From the IMG/VR virus record IMGVR_UViG_3300049793_000366, positions 1-64,000 of that record: a stretch of DNA of 64,000 nucleotides; one strand, 5' to 3'. The translations under genes were made by a program, and so were the position numbers. The number at the start of each line of letters is the position of its first letter. The first letter of the stretch is position 1. Of the stretch, positions 19,206-29,396 are shown one piece after another. The notes below the pieces were generated by a model. The model saw only the letters and a list, made by a program, of their open reading frames with translations, was not told where the DNA came from and did not search any database.

Positions 19206-20408
19206 TTAGTTCTTATTTTCATAGATTGACTTCCTAACATCCAACATTAATTCGCCAACTAATTCGTGGTGAACTTCATCTGGGATATCGGCATTATCAA
19301 ATGCTTGGTCAATTTCTTTTATTTTCACTTCTGCTTCATTAATAAGAGTTTGTAAATCAACTTGTCCCTTTCTTATAGAAATTAAATATTGAGCATCCGG
19401 TCTTCTAACAATAACACCTTTCCCATCAGCTATCTCTTTAGCCATATTCAAAAGTCTTTGACAGTGTAACATATTCTTACCGTCTATTTTTTGACCATGT
19501 GCTTCAACATCTACCCAACGAGCATCGTTTTTGTTTTTCAACCAATCTTGATAAGACCTGTAATCATCGCAGTGCTGTGAATAACCATCCCTATTATATG
19601 AGATATAACCCAGAAATCCATCAGTATCTTTTGGTATAGAAGAAAGTCGTATTGTATTCGAATCTTCAAATGCAATACCCTTATATCCTTTACCTGGAGA
19701 CAGTTTGAATCCGTTCAAAGTAAGTAGGTTTGAAAGTTTAAATATAAACTTTGTTACTTTTCTCGCTCTTAATGATATCTTCTCAGAATGTAATGCAACT
19801 GAGTCATAATCATAAAACATAGAATAAACATCCCTTGCGTGTGGAAGAGCAGCTAAGCCACAAAACATTTGGTCAAGACCTCTATCTGTTAGATATTTAT
19901 TTAACGGAATAGATTTTTCACCAGCGAAAAAATATGCGAAGTCAATTGGATGTTTCCTTTCAACTTTACCCTTTTCCCAGTTTACTTTTTTATTCTGACC
20001 CTTTGCTTTAGAAATTTGTTGTCTCGCATAACCACCAAAACTCTGCTTACATTTTTTTGTAATGAATTTGTCTTTTTCTTTTAAAATTAATTCAAAAGCT
20101 GGGTGCTTATAGATTATACAATCTTCTGGTGTGTTTAACAGCTCAATCATTGTAGGATTGGCGGTTGCCAGTAATTCTAAGAATCTTTTCAATTCATAGA
20201 AAACTGTATCGTTCTTATCATCATTGACCTGCTCTTTATAATTATTACTTAGGATATCATCTTGACTTTGTATGTAAACACCAGCATAATCTTCATCAGA
20301 AGATGCAATATTTGTCCCATACGCATGAGAACCCCTTAGTGTAATAAACAGAGGGATGGCGTTTGGACAACGCTGGTGTATAAAGTCTTTGAAGTATTCT
20401 AATTTCAT
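19206..20408 (-). CDS. Pol-beta superfamily nucleotidyltransferase (RlaP/NrdC.11-like)
   Basis: GSHAYGTN..SDEDYAG, ANPTMIELL, FGGYA..Q, DGKNMLHCQRLL. Confidence 0.85.
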   Translation of the reverse strand: MKLEYFKDFIHQRCPNAIPLFITLRGSHAYGTNIASSDEDYAGVYIQSQDDILSNNYKEQVNDDKNDTVFYELKRFLELLATANPTMIELLNTPEDCIIYKHPAFELILKEKDKFITKKCKQSFGGYARQQISKAKGQNKKVNWEKGKVERKHPIDFAYFFAGEKSIPLNKYLTDRGLDQMFCGLAALPHARDVYSMFYDYDSVALHSEKISLRARKVTKFIFKLSNLLTLNGFKLSPGKGYKGIAFEDSNTIRLSSIPKDTDGFLGYISYNRDGYSQHCDDYRSYQDWLKNKNDARWVDVEAHGQKIDGKNMLHCQRLLNMAKEIADGKGVIVRRPDAQYLISIRKGQVDLQTLINEAEVKIKEIDQAFDNADIPDEVHHELVGELMLDVRKSIYENKN

Positions 20409-20548
20409 AATTTTCGTAAAGATACAAATTGTCCATTAATGAACAACACTTTTATAATTATTTTCACAAAAGGTTTACACACAAAGGAAAAAAAATTGAA
20501 ATCCACTGGTTTAAATAAGAGTTGAGTGAATTAGTAAAAATATAATTT

Positions 20549-20557
20549 TAATATATA
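20549..20557 (+). promoter_or_regulatory. putative late promoter of the fibre cluster
   Basis: TAATATATA. Confidence 0.6.
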
Positions 20558-20580
20558 CTCTAAAAACAGGATTAAAAGGT

Positions 20581-21486
20581 ATGCCTAATACATATAGCTT
20601 TTTCGGATCAGCAACGTACTCAACAACTACTGCTACACTAGACGAGTTAATGGCAAATTTGCCAGATAACAACGCTAACTTAATTGATCCAAAAGATTTA
20701 AGAGATACTGCTTTCACATTATGGGATAGAATCGATATATTATCCGCTTCTGTTTCAGCGGGTGGCTCCTTTTCTGCTGAGTACTTAAGACCAACGCCTA
20801 CCGCAATAGCAGTTGGCGGAGCATCTATTGGTACTACATTTAGCGGAACTGTTCAAGATGCTTTGGATAAAATATTATACCCATACATAGGACCAGATTG
20901 TTCTTTATCAGGTGGTGGTAATAGAGAATTCGGTTCAACTACCTCAGTTACATTAACTTGGTCAGTTACCAAAAATTCCAATCCAATTGCGACAATCACA
21001 GTTGATGGTAATCCTATTTTTCCAACAGGAAACAATCAATCTGGCGCTCAAGGTGCTACTGCTACTGCTAACGTTAATACAACATTCAATATGTCAACAA
21101 CTGACGGTACATCATCAGATAGCGCGAGTACAACAGTTACTTGGTTGAACAGAAGATATTGGGGTATATTCCCAACATTCACAGCGTTGAATAGCGCACA
21201 AGTACTTGGTTTAACTGGTGCTGGTTTAGGTACGGGTAATGAGTTGTCTTCAACAAGAGTTCAAACAAGAAACGGTATTAATGGCGGAGGTAACTACATT
21301 GTATTTGCTTGGCCAACAACATTCGGTACACCAACATTTATTATAAATGGTTTACCTAACTCAGCATGGACTAAAATAAATAATTCATTCTCATTTACTA
21401 ATGCGAATGGGTATGTAAATAATTATGATGTTTGGATTTCTAACACGATTCAAAACTCACCAATAACAACGTTTCAAATTAATTAA
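20581..21486 (+). CDS. virion structural protein (fibre/appendage)
   Basis: Thr/Gly/Ser-rich, beta-rich; first gene of a co-oriented cluster behind TAATATATA. Confidence 0.65.
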   Translation: MPNTYSFFGSATYSTTTATLDELMANLPDNNANLIDPKDLRDTAFTLWDRIDILSASVSAGGSFSAEYLRPTPTAIAVGGASIGTTFSGTVQDALDKILYPYIGPDCSLSGGGNREFGSTTSVTLTWSVTKNSNPIATITVDGNPIFPTGNNQSGAQGATATANVNTTFNMSTTDGTSSDSASTTVTWLNRRYWGIFPTFTALNSAQVLGLTGAGLGTGNELSSTRVQTRNGINGGGNYIVFAWPTTFGTPTFIINGLPNSAWTKINNSFSFTNANGYVNNYDVWISNTIQNSPITTFQIN

Positions 21487-21491
21487 GCAAT

Positions 21492-23423
21492 ATGTCACAG
21501 AATATAGGTACATTAATAACCGCTCCAATTAGACCAAACGATTCATTAGATCCAATCGCATCAGCGTATTCAAATGAGTTACTTGGTGGTTTGCATTCTG
21601 TTACGTCAAGTTCAGACCGTGATGCTATCATGTCAGTTAGAAGAACTTGGGGTATGATGTGTTATGTAGTCAATGATGATACAACGTATCAATTAACTTA
21701 TAACTATGTTGATAATACATTAACTAATAATAATAACTGGAAAGAATTCACTGGTGGTTCTGGTGGCGCGGCTTCAACTGAGTGGTTGGATTCTGCTATA
21801 TCTGCTACATATACAGCTCCACCAGCAACATATTCAGTTGGTGATAGATATTTAATAATAGGAGCAGGAAGTGGTGCTTGGTCTGGTAATACAGATAAGG
21901 TAACTGAATATAAATCTTCACCATCTCTTGGTTGGTATTATACTGAGCCAACTGATAACACAGCACTAAGAATTGATAATCAAGATAATGCTGTTTATAG
22001 ATATGAAGGTGTTTATCCTTCTGGCCAATGGGCTGCTGATAGAGCAAATCAAATTCTTTATGTTACGACTACTACATCTGATGCTATGGCATACAGTGGT
22101 ACTGTTTTACCTGTGTTAAATTATTACACAAAAGATACGATATACTTAGTACAACCAATACTTACAAACGTTGGTCCTGTTACGATAGATGTCAATGCTC
22201 TTGGTGCGGTTAATGTTAAGAAAGATAATGGTTCAGGTAGCTTAGTTGACTTAGATGCTGGTGAATTTAAATCTGGTATAATTTATAACTTAACATTTGA
22301 TGGATCTTACTTTCAAGCACAGATAGCACCTAATACGTTACCTGCACCTGATAAGTTTACGATTAGTGCGTTGGGTACTAACTCATATGTTGGTACAGCA
22401 TCACCTACACTTGGTACATATTCTGCTGGTCATATTTATTTAGTTGATTTTGAATATTCAAATACCAGCTCAGTAGTCAGTTTAGACATCGATTCTTTGG
22501 GTCCAATTGACTTAATTAAATTTGATGAAACAGGTCCTGTTCCACTAGTAGCAGATGATTTGGAACCTGGTCAGATATATTATTTAGTTTATGATGGTAG
22601 TAACTTCCAAGTTAATACGAGTGACCCAGCAGCGGCTCCTGTATCATATACAAACTTAGCACCAGTTCCAACTACAATGGGTGGAATTTCTGCTGGTACA
22701 ACATTTAGTAATACATCAATGCAACAGATGTGGACAATGTTATTATACCCATATCAAGTAGCTAACTTCACCGGTTTTTCAATCGGTGGTGCGGCTCCTG
22801 CTACATTTGAAGTTGGATATACAATATCAGCGGGTACATATTCGTTCGTATGGTCAGAGTCTTATCCAGCTAACGTTACTAACTCTATTACACTTAGAGA
22901 TATATCAAGTAGTAAAATTTTATTAACTGGTACAGCTAATGATTTCAATGCTGCTATTGGTATTACATATTCAATTCGTAAAACTGTTGCTACATCTCAT
23001 GTGTGGAGAGTATCTGGTACTAGAACAAACGGAACACCTATTTCGAGAGATGTATCATCATCTTGGAGATGGAGACTATTCTATGGTGCTACAACATCTA
23101 CATCACCAACAGCGAGTGGTGTACAAAGTTTATCAAATCAGTCATTAGCAACAACATTTGCTGGTACTTATAACTTCACTAATGGTGGTTATAAATATGT
23201 GGGATATCCAAGTGCGTTTGGTAATGTAACATTATTTAAAGATTTCAATACAAATTTATCTATTGCTATGGCTGATGCGTCTGATGGTTACACATCAGTT
23301 CAACCAAATGGATTAAATTATAAATCAGTGAACATAACAAACGTACACGGTGTTACAACTGGGTATAAGTTGTTTAGAACAAAAAATATATTAGGTGGTA
23401 CTATTAGTATAGTAGTGTCATAA
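21492..23423 (+). CDS. modular tail fibre/appendage protein with DUF2793-like domain
   Basis: YLIIGAGSGAWSG..GWYY segment; duplicated LDIDSLG..L.A..L..G.IY.L.YDG..FQ module. Confidence 0.65.
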   Translation: MSQNIGTLITAPIRPNDSLDPIASAYSNELLGGLHSVTSSSDRDAIMSVRRTWGMMCYVVNDDTTYQLTYNYVDNTLTNNNNWKEFTGGSGGAASTEWLDSAISATYTAPPATYSVGDRYLIIGAGSGAWSGNTDKVTEYKSSPSLGWYYTEPTDNTALRIDNQDNAVYRYEGVYPSGQWAADRANQILYVTTTTSDAMAYSGTVLPVLNYYTKDTIYLVQPILTNVGPVTIDVNALGAVNVKKDNGSGSLVDLDAGEFKSGIIYNLTFDGSYFQAQIAPNTLPAPDKFTISALGTNSYVGTASPTLGTYSAGHIYLVDFEYSNTSSVVSLDIDSLGPIDLIKFDETGPVPLVADDLEPGQIYYLVYDGSNFQVNTSDPAAAPVSYTNLAPVPTTMGGISAGTTFSNTSMQQMWTMLLYPYQVANFTGFSIGGAAPATFEVGYTISAGTYSFVWSESYPANVTNSITLRDISSSKILLTGTANDFNAAIGITYSIRKTVATSHVWRVSGTRTNGTPISRDVSSSWRWRLFYGATTSTSPTASGVQSLSNQSLATTFAGTYNFTNGGYKYVGYPSAFGNVTLFKDFNTNLSIAMADASDGYTSVQPNGLNYKSVNITNVHGVTTGYKLFRTKNILGGTISIVVS

Positions 23424-23439
23424 AAATAAAGGTTAAAGA

Positions 23440-24147
23440 ATGGCTCAAATACCGGGAAGTATACCAATTACAGGTCTCTTAGCAACGACTGACTCAACTG
23501 ATAACTATGCTATCATTGATCCTCAATATGGTATTGATGGTTTAAGAAACGTTGCCACACAGGCTGACCGAAATAATATCTCTCTTCTTAGAAGAAGGGA
23601 AGGTATGATTGTTGGTACACTTGATGATGGTTCTTATTGGAGGCTTACTGCTTCAACAGGAAGCAATACGTGGGCATTGGGTTCAGCTAGTAACTGGGAG
23701 CTATGGACTGTAGCTGGTGGTAGTGGTAATGCTTCACAGAATAAATATTATATTGCGCCGAGTGATACCGTTATCGTTGCTACATATTCACAATACTGGA
23801 TATATGGTAACTTAACCATTGATGGTGTATTGGAAAATTATGGACAAGTAGTTATAGCAAACGGTATTATGGATTTAAGTGGCGGTGGAACATTTTCTAA
23901 TAGTGGTACATTATTATTTGAGACTCTTAGTGTTGGTGATAATATGACTAAATACTCAGCTACATTTTCATCAAGTGCTAACACACCTTTTACGATTTCA
24001 CATAATTTAAATACATTAGACTTTGTAGCATCTGTTAGAGAAGGTACAAATTTAATAAATGTAGATATCAATATTGTTGATAATAATAGTATAGAAGTGA
24101 CTTCTTCACAGAATGTAACTGCTAGGATAAACATAATTGGACTATAA
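23440..24147 (+). CDS. virion structural protein (fibre module)
   Basis: Shares modules with 21492 and 24147. Confidence 0.65.
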   Translation: MAQIPGSIPITGLLATTDSTDNYAIIDPQYGIDGLRNVATQADRNNISLLRRREGMIVGTLDDGSYWRLTASTGSNTWALGSASNWELWTVAGGSGNASQNKYYIAPSDTVIVATYSQYWIYGNLTIDGVLENYGQVVIANGIMDLSGGGTFSNSGTLLFETLSVGDNMTKYSATFSSSANTPFTISHNLNTLDFVASVREGTNLINVDINIVDNNSIEVTSSQNVTARINIIGL

Positions 24148-24725
24148 TGGCAAGTAATAAAATATACAACATACAAGATTGGGCTAATGTAGGTTCGGTT
24201 AGTGTACCAGGGGCTTCTTCATCTAAGATTTATCCTAAGGTAGACGGTTGGTACGTTATGAATTCTGGTGGAGTGGAAAGTAAACTTGCTACATCAGGTG
24301 ATACAAGCGATATTCAGAATAAGTATTATATAGAGCCTACTGAATTTGTTAGCGTTGCTACATATTCACAATATTTAGTATATGGTGACCTTAAGGTAGA
24401 TGGTATACTTGAGAACTTTGGTCAAGTAGTTATTTTAAACGGTACTTTAGATTTAACTGGTGGTGGAACATTTTCTAATAGTGGTACATTGTTGTTAAAA
24501 ACATTACAAACTGATTCTGAAAAGAAATATTCAGCAACGTTTTCATCAACTGCTAATACACCATTTACTATTACACATAATTTAAATACATACAGCTTTG
24601 TTCATTCATTCAGGTCTGGTTTAAATATAATATCAGCACAGGTTAATATAGTTGACACAAATAGTATTACGGTAACCACAACACAAAACGTAACGAATGT
24701 TGAAATAAATATAATTGGCATATAA
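24147..24725 (+). CDS. virion structural protein (fibre module)
   Basis: Shares modules with 23440 and 24725. Confidence 0.65.
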   Translation: MASNKIYNIQDWANVGSVSVPGASSSKIYPKVDGWYVMNSGGVESKLATSGDTSDIQNKYYIEPTEFVSVATYSQYLVYGDLKVDGILENFGQVVILNGTLDLTGGGTFSNSGTLLLKTLQTDSEKKYSATFSSTANTPFTITHNLNTYSFVHSFRSGLNIISAQVNIVDTNSITVTTTQNVTNVEINIIGI

Positions 24726-25219
24726 TGGATAACATGATATATCATATACCTGATTGGGCAAATATAAGCACTGTAAGTAATCCAACAGCATCATCATCTA
24801 AGATTTATCCTAAATCCGATGGGTGGTATGTTATGGATGATACTGGTACTGAGAAGAATATTGTAGTGGGAACTGGTACTTTAAATTACCTACCTAAATT
24901 CGCCAGTGGTGGATTATCAGATAGTGTAATATCAGATGATGGTACTAATGTTAATATTTCAATACTTTCAGGAACAGGCGACAGAATGGTTGAATCTGAT
25001 TCAAGTGGTACTATTACCGCGAGTAGAAGTGTTATAAATACATTTGGTATACCAAATACCGAGAAGTTGAAACTTGAAAATCCAAGTAATTGGGATGTAA
25101 ATGGTGAATACATAGGTACTGCTATTACAGGTACATACCAAGGTCAGAAACACTATGATGATAATTATCTATACGAGGCTGTTGCTAATGATTTTTTCAT
25201 AAGATTAATAAGAGGATAA
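24725..25219 (+). CDS. virion structural protein (fibre module)
   Basis: GTGTLNYLPKF..LSDSVI.DDGTNV fibre-type segment. Confidence 0.65.
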   Translation: MDNMIYHIPDWANISTVSNPTASSSKIYPKSDGWYVMDDTGTEKNIVVGTGTLNYLPKFASGGLSDSVISDDGTNVNISILSGTGDRMVESDSSGTITASRSVINTFGIPNTEKLKLENPSNWDVNGEYIGTAITGTYQGQKHYDDNYLYEAVANDFFIRLIRG

Positions 25220-25223
25220 TAAT

Positions 25224-26612
25224 ATGTCATATAACGGGAATATACTACAAAGTGTCGGTACACCAGATGAAAGAATCATAGCTTATGGTGCTTCATTTGA
25301 TAGTACTAACTGTGGATTATTTAAAGGTTCTGTTGATTATGATTTTAATCTTAGTACTCCTGTAGATTCTTTCTATCTAGTAACTCCATATACATCTGAT
25401 TTCGATTTATCAGTTAATAACTTTTCAATAGAGGCATATTTTAATGCTAATAGTTTCACCAATGATATGGCAATTTTAGCTAAAGATACATATGGTTCTA
25501 ATTTCGATTGGACTATTATAATAGTTAATAATACTACATTGAGAATGGCGACATACGCCACATCACAAAATCTATACGTTACCGTTCCACCTATGAATGT
25601 AGGTCAATGGTATCACGTTAAATTTCAACGTGTAGCTGGAGTAAATACATTCTATTTAGATGGTGTGTCTTATGGTAGTAATTCGATGCTTATATCTAAC
25701 AGTAGCCAAGTAAATATAACAATAGGGTGTACATCTTATAATAATCCAGGTTTACACTTTGATGGTTATTTAGATAAGATAAAGATAATTAATAACGGAA
25801 TAACTGTTTTAAATTTAGAATTTGAGTCTATTGACACAGGTAATTTAACAATAACAGATGCTACCGGAAAAGTATTTGAAATACTACCTGAGCCTATCGA
25901 TATACCAAAATATATCTTAGATGTAAATGACATCGTAAGGTCAAGTTTAGTTTTAGAATTAGATCCAGTGAGTATAAACACATATACTAGAAGCGGCACT
26001 ACCGTTAGTAATATAGTAGATGAAAACGAAACTGGGTCTTTAGACGGAGCAACATGGAATAGCACAACTGGTGTTATTGATTTAGATGGTGTTGATGATA
26101 AAATAGAATTCTCAACAGTTGGAACTGGTTTTAATCCAGATGGATTAGCCAACTATTCAATACAAGTTTGTATTAATAACACTACTGATACTGGTGGCAT
26201 CATTAACATATATGACTACCCTAATCCATCAGGTAATGGAATAGAAATGGAATTGTTTGGTGGAGTTATCTATGTAGCTTTTACTACAAGTGACTATGGT
26301 TATTTTAACTATGGTGCCACTGGTCAATGGGTTAATATTTGCTTCACATATGATGGCGCAGAAAGTGGTGATTCAAATATTTTAAAATTATACATCGATG
26401 GTGTAGAAGTTGCGGGAAGTTATAGTGGAACATTACCATCAACAATTGATAACTCAACAAATCTACCAATGATTATTGGCCTATTGCGTCCAGGTGCGAG
26501 TTCATTCAGATATCTACAAGGTTCATTTGGACATGGTTTAATATATTCGAAAACATTATCATCAGAAGAAGTAATGCAAAACTATAAAGTAACAAAGACT
26601 AATTTTTTATGA
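25224..26612 (+). CDS. LamG/concanavalin A-like lectin domain fibre protein (two domains)
   Basis: FSIEAYF, GQWYHV..R..YLDG, FDGYLD; second domain GQWVNICFTYDG..LYIDG, YSKTLSSEEVMQNY. Confidence 0.8.
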   Translation: MSYNGNILQSVGTPDERIIAYGASFDSTNCGLFKGSVDYDFNLSTPVDSFYLVTPYTSDFDLSVNNFSIEAYFNANSFTNDMAILAKDTYGSNFDWTIIIVNNTTLRMATYATSQNLYVTVPPMNVGQWYHVKFQRVAGVNTFYLDGVSYGSNSMLISNSSQVNITIGCTSYNNPGLHFDGYLDKIKIINNGITVLNLEFESIDTGNLTITDATGKVFEILPEPIDIPKYILDVNDIVRSSLVLELDPVSINTYTRSGTTVSNIVDENETGSLDGATWNSTTGVIDLDGVDDKIEFSTVGTGFNPDGLANYSIQVCINNTTDTGGIINIYDYPNPSGNGIEMELFGGVIYVAFTTSDYGYFNYGATGQWVNICFTYDGAESGDSNILKLYIDGVEVAGSYSGTLPSTIDNSTNLPMIIGLLRPGASSFRYLQGSFGHGLIYSKTLSSEEVMQNYKVTKTNFL

Positions 26613-27730
26613 TATTAAGTAACATTGACATAATTCGAGATAATTTGGTTTTAAACTATGAAACCATAAATAGTAGGTCTTATCCCCGTGTAGGAACTTC
26701 TATTTATGATTTAACTACATATGGTCATACTGGAAGTCTTGTTAACGGAACATCATTTGATTCAACTGATGGTACTTTTGTATTTGATGGTGTTAATGAT
26801 TATATACAAGTCAACAACGATGGTGAAATTACACCTAGTAGTGTATCAATCGAAGTTTGGGTTTACCCTACTGGTTTAACTGCTACTACAAATCAAAATG
26901 TTTTTAGAAATGATGACAGCGGAACACCAAATCAAATGATTGCATTTCAAAATTCAGGAACTATTTTAAGCTTTGGATTAAATACAGAAACAACTGGTTA
27001 TTCAGAAATGGAACACACAATAAACCCAGCTACATATTCAAATACATGGATGCATATTGTTGGGACTTATGAAGATGGCTTAAAAAGACTTTATATAAAT
27101 GGTCAAAAGGTTGAAGAAGCAACGGTATTAAATGTTGGTAGTCCATACGGTACGTTATGGAATAGAGATGGTTGGAATGATTTAAGTGATTATAATACTA
27201 CGAGGGTTTATACTGATTGGCAATTAACATCTGGTTCCAACCCACCATCAATGGTTGGTGAAGAATGGGTTATGTTTGATTACATTAATAATAAATACTA
27301 TAAAATTATGTTCACTTCATGGACTGCTGGTAATTCCGGTGGTGGATTTGCTTATGAAAGACAAGAAATATTATCATCTGTTTCATTTGGTACTCTTGTG
27401 TCATTTAGTAAGCCTAATTATGCTACTGGTACGGTGGATAATATAGATACTGGTTTAACGATTAAAAGAAATAATAATCAAGGTATTTATAATTCAGCAT
27501 CCGAAGTAGGATATGTTGCTTATTATTCAGTTGGTCATTATGTTTATGGGTCTGGTTCTGCTGGTGATGCGGTATATGATGATACTAATGATTTATCTAT
27601 TGGAACTTGGATAAGCAATATAAGTGAAAGTTTTACTGGAAAGATTGGAGCGATACGAATATATAATACATCATTACAACCAGAAGGAGTATTGCAGAAT
27701 TATAATGCAAATAAAAATAATTATTCATAA
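26609..27730 (+). CDS. LamG domain protein with an inserted domain
   Basis: FDGVNDY, SIEVWVYP, WMHIVGTY..LYING, FTGKIGAIRIYN..QNYNA. Confidence 0.8.
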   Translation: MILSNIDIIRDNLVLNYETINSRSYPRVGTSIYDLTTYGHTGSLVNGTSFDSTDGTFVFDGVNDYIQVNNDGEITPSSVSIEVWVYPTGLTATTNQNVFRNDDSGTPNQMIAFQNSGTILSFGLNTETTGYSEMEHTINPATYSNTWMHIVGTYEDGLKRLYINGQKVEEATVLNVGSPYGTLWNRDGWNDLSDYNTTRVYTDWQLTSGSNPPSMVGEEWVMFDYINNKYYKIMFTSWTAGNSGGGFAYERQEILSSVSFGTLVSFSKPNYATGTVDNIDTGLTIKRNNNQGIYNSASEVGYVAYYSVGHYVYGSGSAGDAVYDDTNDLSIGTWISNISESFTGKIGAIRIYNTSLQPEGVLQNYNANKNNYS

Positions 27731-27732
27731 AG

Positions 27733-28011
27733 ATGTCATTCATTCAAAACATAGACGCATCCAGAATTAAAGGCATTGATGCTTTAATAACTTTAGGTAA
27801 AACACAATCAAGCGGTGTTACATTTAGTGCATCTGTTACTAATACAATTACACACAATCTTAATAGCACAGGTATTGTTGTTCAGATGTGGGATGTATCA
27901 ACAGGTGAAGCTATTTATGGAACACTAGATAACAGAACTTTAACAACAGTTGATATAACACTTTCGGCTACATTTAGCTCACCTGGTGTTGATATAATCA
28001 TTATTGGATAA
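27733..28011 (+). CDS. small virion structural protein
   Basis: TITHNLNS module shared with 23440 and 24147. Confidence 0.6.
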   Translation: MSFIQNIDASRIKGIDALITLGKTQSSGVTFSASVTNTITHNLNSTGIVVQMWDVSTGEAIYGTLDNRTLTTVDITLSATFSSPGVDIIIIG

Positions 28012-28126
28012 ACTTTATTTTTAAACTTAATATATAATTGAATAGAAACCCTTTTGTGTAGTTGATTTGTGTGGTGGGTTAAAAATAAACAGTATATGGA
28101 TTCCTCGGATACCGATAAACAATTAA

Positions 28127-28399
28127 ATGAAAATGAGCAAACAAAGACTAGCAACAATATGTCTAATGTTGGGGATGTTTTTCAACCCCTTTGGCTTCGA
28201 TGCAGTACAGGTGATGTTAATAAATTCAACTGGCAGTTATTGGAAAGCCAATTTAGTATTGTATTGCCTTGCGGGATTCTGTTTTGGGCTGTACTTCTTA
28301 TTTTCGGGTAATAATCCATTCACATCAATCAAGAATATTCTTTCAGATTTGTGGTTAAAGAGAAAAAGAAAATCTAAACTAAATAGTCTATTTAAGTGA
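28127..28399 (+). CDS. small two-TM membrane protein (holin-like candidate)
   Basis: Two hydrophobic helices, basic C-terminal tail, TAATATATA at 28028. Confidence 0.5.
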   Translation: MKMSKQRLATICLMLGMFFNPFGFDAVQVMLINSTGSYWKANLVLYCLAGFCFGLYFLFSGNNPFTSIKNILSDLWLKRKRKSKLNSLFK

Positions 28400-28702
28400 G
28401 CTTAGAATTTCATCGAATGTAGCTGGTGTTAAATCTTCAATCTGTGATATAACTGGCTCACACTGTCTTTCTCTACATAATTGTAAATACTTAGCAACTA
28501 ATTCTTTTACTTCATCATTGTCGTAAAACTCACCAGTTAATTCAGAAAATAAAAATGACGTATCACCCTTATCTATTGTTGGTGGTATATTATCATATCC
28601 GTAGTTAACACCACCTAATCCAAATGCTGGTGCGCCTGAGCCACCAGAGAATCCATGTGTTAATGATGTTTCGAATACTTCAAATGATTTTAAATACTTC
28701 AT
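28388..28702 (-). CDS. hypothetical protein, N-terminal MKYLKSFE family
   Basis: MKYLKSFEVFE; TAATATATA 4 nt upstream of the ATG. Confidence 0.7.
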   Translation of the reverse strand: MKYLKSFEVFETSLTHGFSGGSGAPAFGLGGVNYGYDNIPPTIDKGDTSFLFSELTGEFYDNDEVKELVAKYLQLCRERQCEPVISQIEDLTPATFDEILSSLK

Positions 28703-28745
28703 TGTCTATATATTAAACAAACAATTTAATTTAACTATAACATCT

Positions 28746-29396
28746 ATGTTCAGTTACTATGGCTCAAAGAGCAAAATTGTGGATCACTACCCAAGTCCTA
28801 AACACGATACAATCGTTGAGCCGTTTGCTGGCTCAGCCAGATATGCGTTAAAATATTGGGAAAAAGATGTAGTTCTCATAGAGAAATTCGACAAGGTATT
28901 TAAGATTTGGAAATATTTACAGAGCGCATCAACAGATGATATCTTAAAACTTCCGGTATTAGAAGTTGGTCAAACATTAAATGACTTTCAACTACTTTGT
29001 GATGAAGAAAGATGGTTAATCGGATATCACCTTAGAAGAGGTTGTGCGAGACCATCATTATCAAGTGGTGATAGATGCTCTTGGGATAAAGATAAAGTGA
29101 GAATCGCGAATGATTTACATAAGATAAAACATTGGGATATTAAATTCGGTGATTTCTTCGAGCAAGATATTATACCAAATGCTACCTATTTCATTGATCC
29201 ACCATATACTGTTCAGAAACATAAATATAATCATCATAAGATTGATTATGACAGACTAAAAGGAGTTATTGATACGATAGATAGCCAAGTTATTGTATGT
29301 GGTAATTCAGATGATAAATGGCTTGAATTTGTACCATTAAAGAAGATGTTTGGTAATAAGAAGAGCCATATAGAATGTATATGGACTAAGAACTAG
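28746..29396 (+). CDS. DNA adenine methyltransferase (D12/Dam-like)
   Basis: FSYYGSK, EPFAGSA, FIDPPY. Confidence 0.85.
   Translation: MFSYYGSKSKIVDHYPSPKHDTIVEPFAGSARYALKYWEKDVVLIEKFDKVFKIWKYLQSASTDDILKLPVLEVGQTLNDFQLLCDEERWLIGYHLRRGCARPSLSSGDRCSWDKDKVRIANDLHKIKHWDIKFGDFFEQDIIPNATYFIDPPYTVQKHKYNHHKIDYDRLKGVIDTIDSQVIVCGNSDDKWLEFVPLKKMFGNKKSHIECIWTKN

Noticed and set aside
23737-24590. Duplicated segment as a DGR template/variable repeat pair
   Set aside because: Differences are not adenine-specific, both copies are coding, and no reverse transcriptase is present in the window.
28069-28311. 80-aa ORF overlapping the small membrane protein
   Set aside because: GTG start in an alternative frame; 28127..28399 has an ATG in A-rich context and a clearer two-TM pattern.
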